Part shown: one piece after another, positions 60,801-64,000 of the stretch
Numbering within the stretch: position 1 is the first letter of the stretch
Layout of the letters: every line of letters starts with the position of its first letter
Origin: Callorhinchus milii
Taxonomy: Eukaryota
Direction of reading: 5' to 3'
Length of the DNA: 64,000 nucleotides
Assembly (NCBI RefSeq): GCF_018977255.1
Contig: NW_024704758.1
Location: forward strand, 3,906,001-3,970,000
Notes under the pieces: generated by a model
Database searches by the model: none
Told to the model about the DNA's origin: nothing
The model's input: only the letters and a program-made list of their open reading frames with translations
Translations under genes and position numbers: made by a program

Positions 60801-62602
60801 GGGTGGGGTGGGGGGTTGTTGATTGGTGTCCATTGTGGCACCTTTTACTTGGATGAACATTTCAACGCACTGCTCAAAGGCAATGGGAGTTACTGAGCAG
60901 AGAGGGAGAAGGAGAGAGATTTTGAGGTTTGTGAAGTTTCCCAAAACTACAGGAATGAGAAGTGTTCGTACAAGGGTTTTGGAGGTACGGGGAGAAGGAT
61001 TTTGGGAGCGAGTTCCAGAGAACCAGAGTAACAAGGCTCAGCCACTGATGTTGGGACAGAGTGAGCATCCCAGCCAGGAGAGTGTCGCCGTGTCCGGCCC
61101 TTCACACACACGCTGAGAGCTGGGCGCTAGTCCTACTTCAGCTTGAAAGCAAATTGAGGGGGATTGTTAAGGGGAAGTCCAGTTCTTCATTTCTTTCTAT
61201 GTCCTAATGATCGTTACTCCCTGGTTCCTATTGCAGTGGACAACAGACCAGGACGTGGCTGATGCTGTGCATTCGGTGGGGGTGCAGGATCTGCTGGAGA
61301 TCAAGTTTTACGAAAATAGAGCCAACGGGCAGTCCAAGGGGTGAGTGGGCACAAGTCTGCGCGCCTGGGACTCCACAGAGCACACCATAAAATCATGGGG
61401 AGGGAGGCAGAAAGGTGACAAAAACATCCCAAATTCACTGCGTTCATAAACTCAAACAGAAGAAAGAGTTCTGTTTGTTAGTTTGTGTTGTTTACAACAC
61501 AGACTTACATTTATGCAGCATCTTTCACGTCAGAACGATGTCCCAAGGCATTTGACAGTGCTGGCACCCGAGCTGAGGCCGGAGCCAAGGGAAGGGATAA
61601 CTGAAAGTGCAGTTAAAGAGGTAAGTCTTGAAGTGCACCTTGAAGGAGGTGAGGGAGGGAGCGATTCAGAGGCACTTTGGGATGTGGAGGTAGATAGGCT
61701 GAAAGACTGACAGCTGTTTAAAATCCATTTGGCTTTGTATTGCTGCCTTGATATATTGTTTTAAAGGTGTGATTTTGTATTCTGTTGAATAACTCTTCAT
61801 TCTTTGAGATTTACTGCTGTGAACAAGATTGAAGATGCTATCTGCTTGGTGTGGGGGATCTATTGTGGTTGTTTAGGGGCACAAGCTGTCTCTGACCAGT
61901 GGTGGTAAATTCTTTACGATTTCGATAATCTGACTTTTATTTGCTTTACAAGGATTCTTTTAATTCTTTTCGCCCACAAATATACAGTCAATTCACTACA
62001 TTATATGACGTGTGTGAAGCATGTGACGCTGAAGAGTATCAGCACACAAATCAAGGGAAACTTTAATTTCTTCATTCGGGCTGGTTGCAGTTTGGAATTC
62101 ATCTTCAAGTGGCTATTGAGGCTGGATTAATAGGCTCATTCAAAATGGAATTGGATAAACAGCTGATCAGTGAAAACATCAAGGGACATGGGGGTGAGAG
62201 GGAGAGAGCAGTGGGACGCAAGGAGGGGGAGAGAGTAGTCTGTGTGTGTATGTGGTGGGGAGAAAGAGCTGGGATTTGGGGTTAAAGGCTAAAGGCACGT
62301 GGAGAAGTGGCTGGCTGAATGGCCTCCTACACTGACATTTTCTGTTTCCATGTAGAATGACTTGAAATGAAAAATACTGACTGTCCACTAAAGAGTAACC
62401 AGTCTATTTCTCTTCCCTCCACCCCCCCTGCCCCCCCCCCTCCGTCTCCTGGGCAGGTTTGCGGAAGTCTATCTGGGATCTGAATCTTCTGTCCGACGCC
62501 TCATGGAGCTGCTTCCCCAGCGAGAACTACACGGCCAGCATCCGGAGGTCATGCCCTGCAATAAACAGAACCTCAACCAGTTTGAAGCCCAGTCCAAGAA
62601 AA
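54874..62602 (+). CDS. CPSF7: cleavage and polyadenylation specificity factor 7 (CFIm59), coding exons 1-4 (gene continues past the right edge)
   Basis: Join 54874-54927, 60238-60444, 61237-61340, 62457-62602, GT-AG and in frame. N-terminus [18 protein letters not shown] is CPSF7-type (lacks the VG found in CPSF6). RRM: [13 protein letters not shown]...[17 protein letters not shown]. Head-to-head with SDHAF2, as in human. Confidence 0.9.
55835..56405 (-). mobile_element. L2 LINE 3' fragment with an open ORF2 C-terminus
   Basis: Peptide [41 protein letters not shown]...[14 protein letters not shown], then the tail and (TTG)n. Confidence 0.88.
58320..58785 (-). mobile_element. older full-length Deu-domain SINE (second head type)
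   Basis: The - strand head reads cctggctctgcggtagcgctctcacctctgggccagaaggttgtggttcaagcccc, followed by the Deu-like body and the shared L2-type tail. Confidence 0.75.
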
Positions 62603-64000
62603 GTAAATCTTTGGAAATTCTTCACGTTCGATCTCCATTAACCTCTCTGCAAAGCTGTGGGCTTGTAGTGACCGGTAACTCCTTCCCGTGTGATGCTGGT
62701 CACTGGTGGCCAGAACTGGCCTCATGTGACAAAGTATCTGGTTATTTGGTTGAATGGCAGGAAATAGAAGCATTGTTCTACTGCTTGGGTTTGGCTGATC
62801 AACCAAATACCTTTGATGAATATTAAATTGTTTGTCATTTCACTGGCACACAGAGATCGAGGGAATCAAAACCACTGATGTTTCTTCCCCCCCGGCTGCT
62901 CCCCAAAAAGCAACTGTCCAAACCCCATTTCAGGATATATGAGCAGGAGGAGGCCATTCAGCTCCGCCAAGCCTGTTCTGCCCTGTGAGGTCGAGGCCTA
63001 TTCCCTGCCTTTCCTCCACTCCCCTTAAATCGCAATTGATTCTGTGTTTCACACTTGCAACTCATAGTGTGAAAATTACCCCCTGGTTTTGGATTGGATG
63101 CCAGGGAAGTCTTTTCGCCCCTTGTCTTATTTGCTGGCCAATTTGATGCGGGGCGGGGGGTGCTTGGTTCTGGGAGAGGTCCGTGTCAGCTCTGGGCTCC
63201 ACTTGCCCGGGGGGTGTGGTGACCTGGCTAGTGGAGTCCAGCGCTGCGGTGATGGTGGTTTTGACACTTGACATTTCTCCCCTGTGACAATGTGAACTGA
63301 CTTGCTGCGATTCCGTGGACATTTGTGAACTCTTGTTTTTTAACTGAATGCAATGCTGGAAATGTGATTCCAATTGAGCGTAACTTGTTCTCGCTGTGAT
63401 AACCCGCTCGGCACCGACGCGGTTTGTTCCCCGAACGCACTGATCTATGGTTACTGCAATAAAATCTGTCTTTGTGCAGTTTGTGGCACAGAGATGTGTT
63501 GTGTTGAGACCTCTCTGTGCTGTGTGCAGGGAGGGAGCGAGATGTCCGCAGTCCACAGACCTGCAATCTGATTTGGCTTTGTTTTTGCCTTGTGTCTGTG
63601 GGTGCGTACGTGGTGATGCTTCTCTTTAACCTGTTCTGCCATTTGGAGAGGGGCTGGCTCTGTCGCACCCCCTCCTGTCTCATAAATACACTGGGCAATA
63701 CTCAAACTCTGCTCTGAATGGAAACGCACTCTTATCTGATCAGTTCCCTCAGTGGAACATTGTACTTTGAGGACGAAGCTTGCCCTGTGGCACTCGCTTA
63801 CAGAGGAAGAATGTCCCTCGTTACAGACTATTCCACATGTTCTGCTCCCTCCCTGCCCCTCCCCCTGGATTTCTCTCCAAGTGTTTGTTTATTTTTTGAG
63901 CTTGCTGCTGTTGTGTTATTTTGTTTGCTGTCCTGTGATGGGGACAGGAATCCACAACCAATGAATTCTTTTAAATCTGTGAATCTTACGATATGCCGAC

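Noticed and set aside
54874-62602. Calling the last gene CPSF6
   Set aside because: The N-terminal signature and head-to-head linkage with SDHAF2 favour CPSF7 despite the CPSF6-like RRM residues.

Overview
Eukaryotic, vertebrate genomic DNA, not prokaryotic. The repeat content (tRNA-headed Deu-type SINEs, CR1 and L2 LINEs) and compact introns suggest a cartilaginous fish, probably a holocephalan (inference). It is the orthologue of the human 11q12 gene-dense block, with eight spliced genes whose exon-intron junctions I traced in frame: DDB1 (-, coding exons 1-10, runs off the left edge), CYB561A3 (-), ARMC7 (+), TMEM138 (+), TMEM216 (+), TMEM80 (+), SDHAF2 (-) and CPSF7 (+, coding exons 1-4, runs off the right edge). 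Most ORFs in the supplied track are spurious or derive from repeats. The most notable observations are: (1) inside a SINE in TMEM138 intron, an uninterrupted retroviral RT fragment fused directly to an antisense, CCA-bearing tRNA-Gln(CTG) copy, which looks like a captured tRNA-primed minus-strand cDNA; (2) matching micro-exon plus U12 minor-spliceosome introns in both TMEM216 and TMEM80; (3) a very compact TMEM138-TMEM216-TMEM80 ciliary cluster, with TKFC absent, ARMC7 inserted and the SDHAF2/CPSF7 pair inverted relative to human; (4) a candidate intronic poly(A) site in CPSF7; (5) an unclassified interspersed repeat family. Comparisons with human genes are from memory; no database searches were run.
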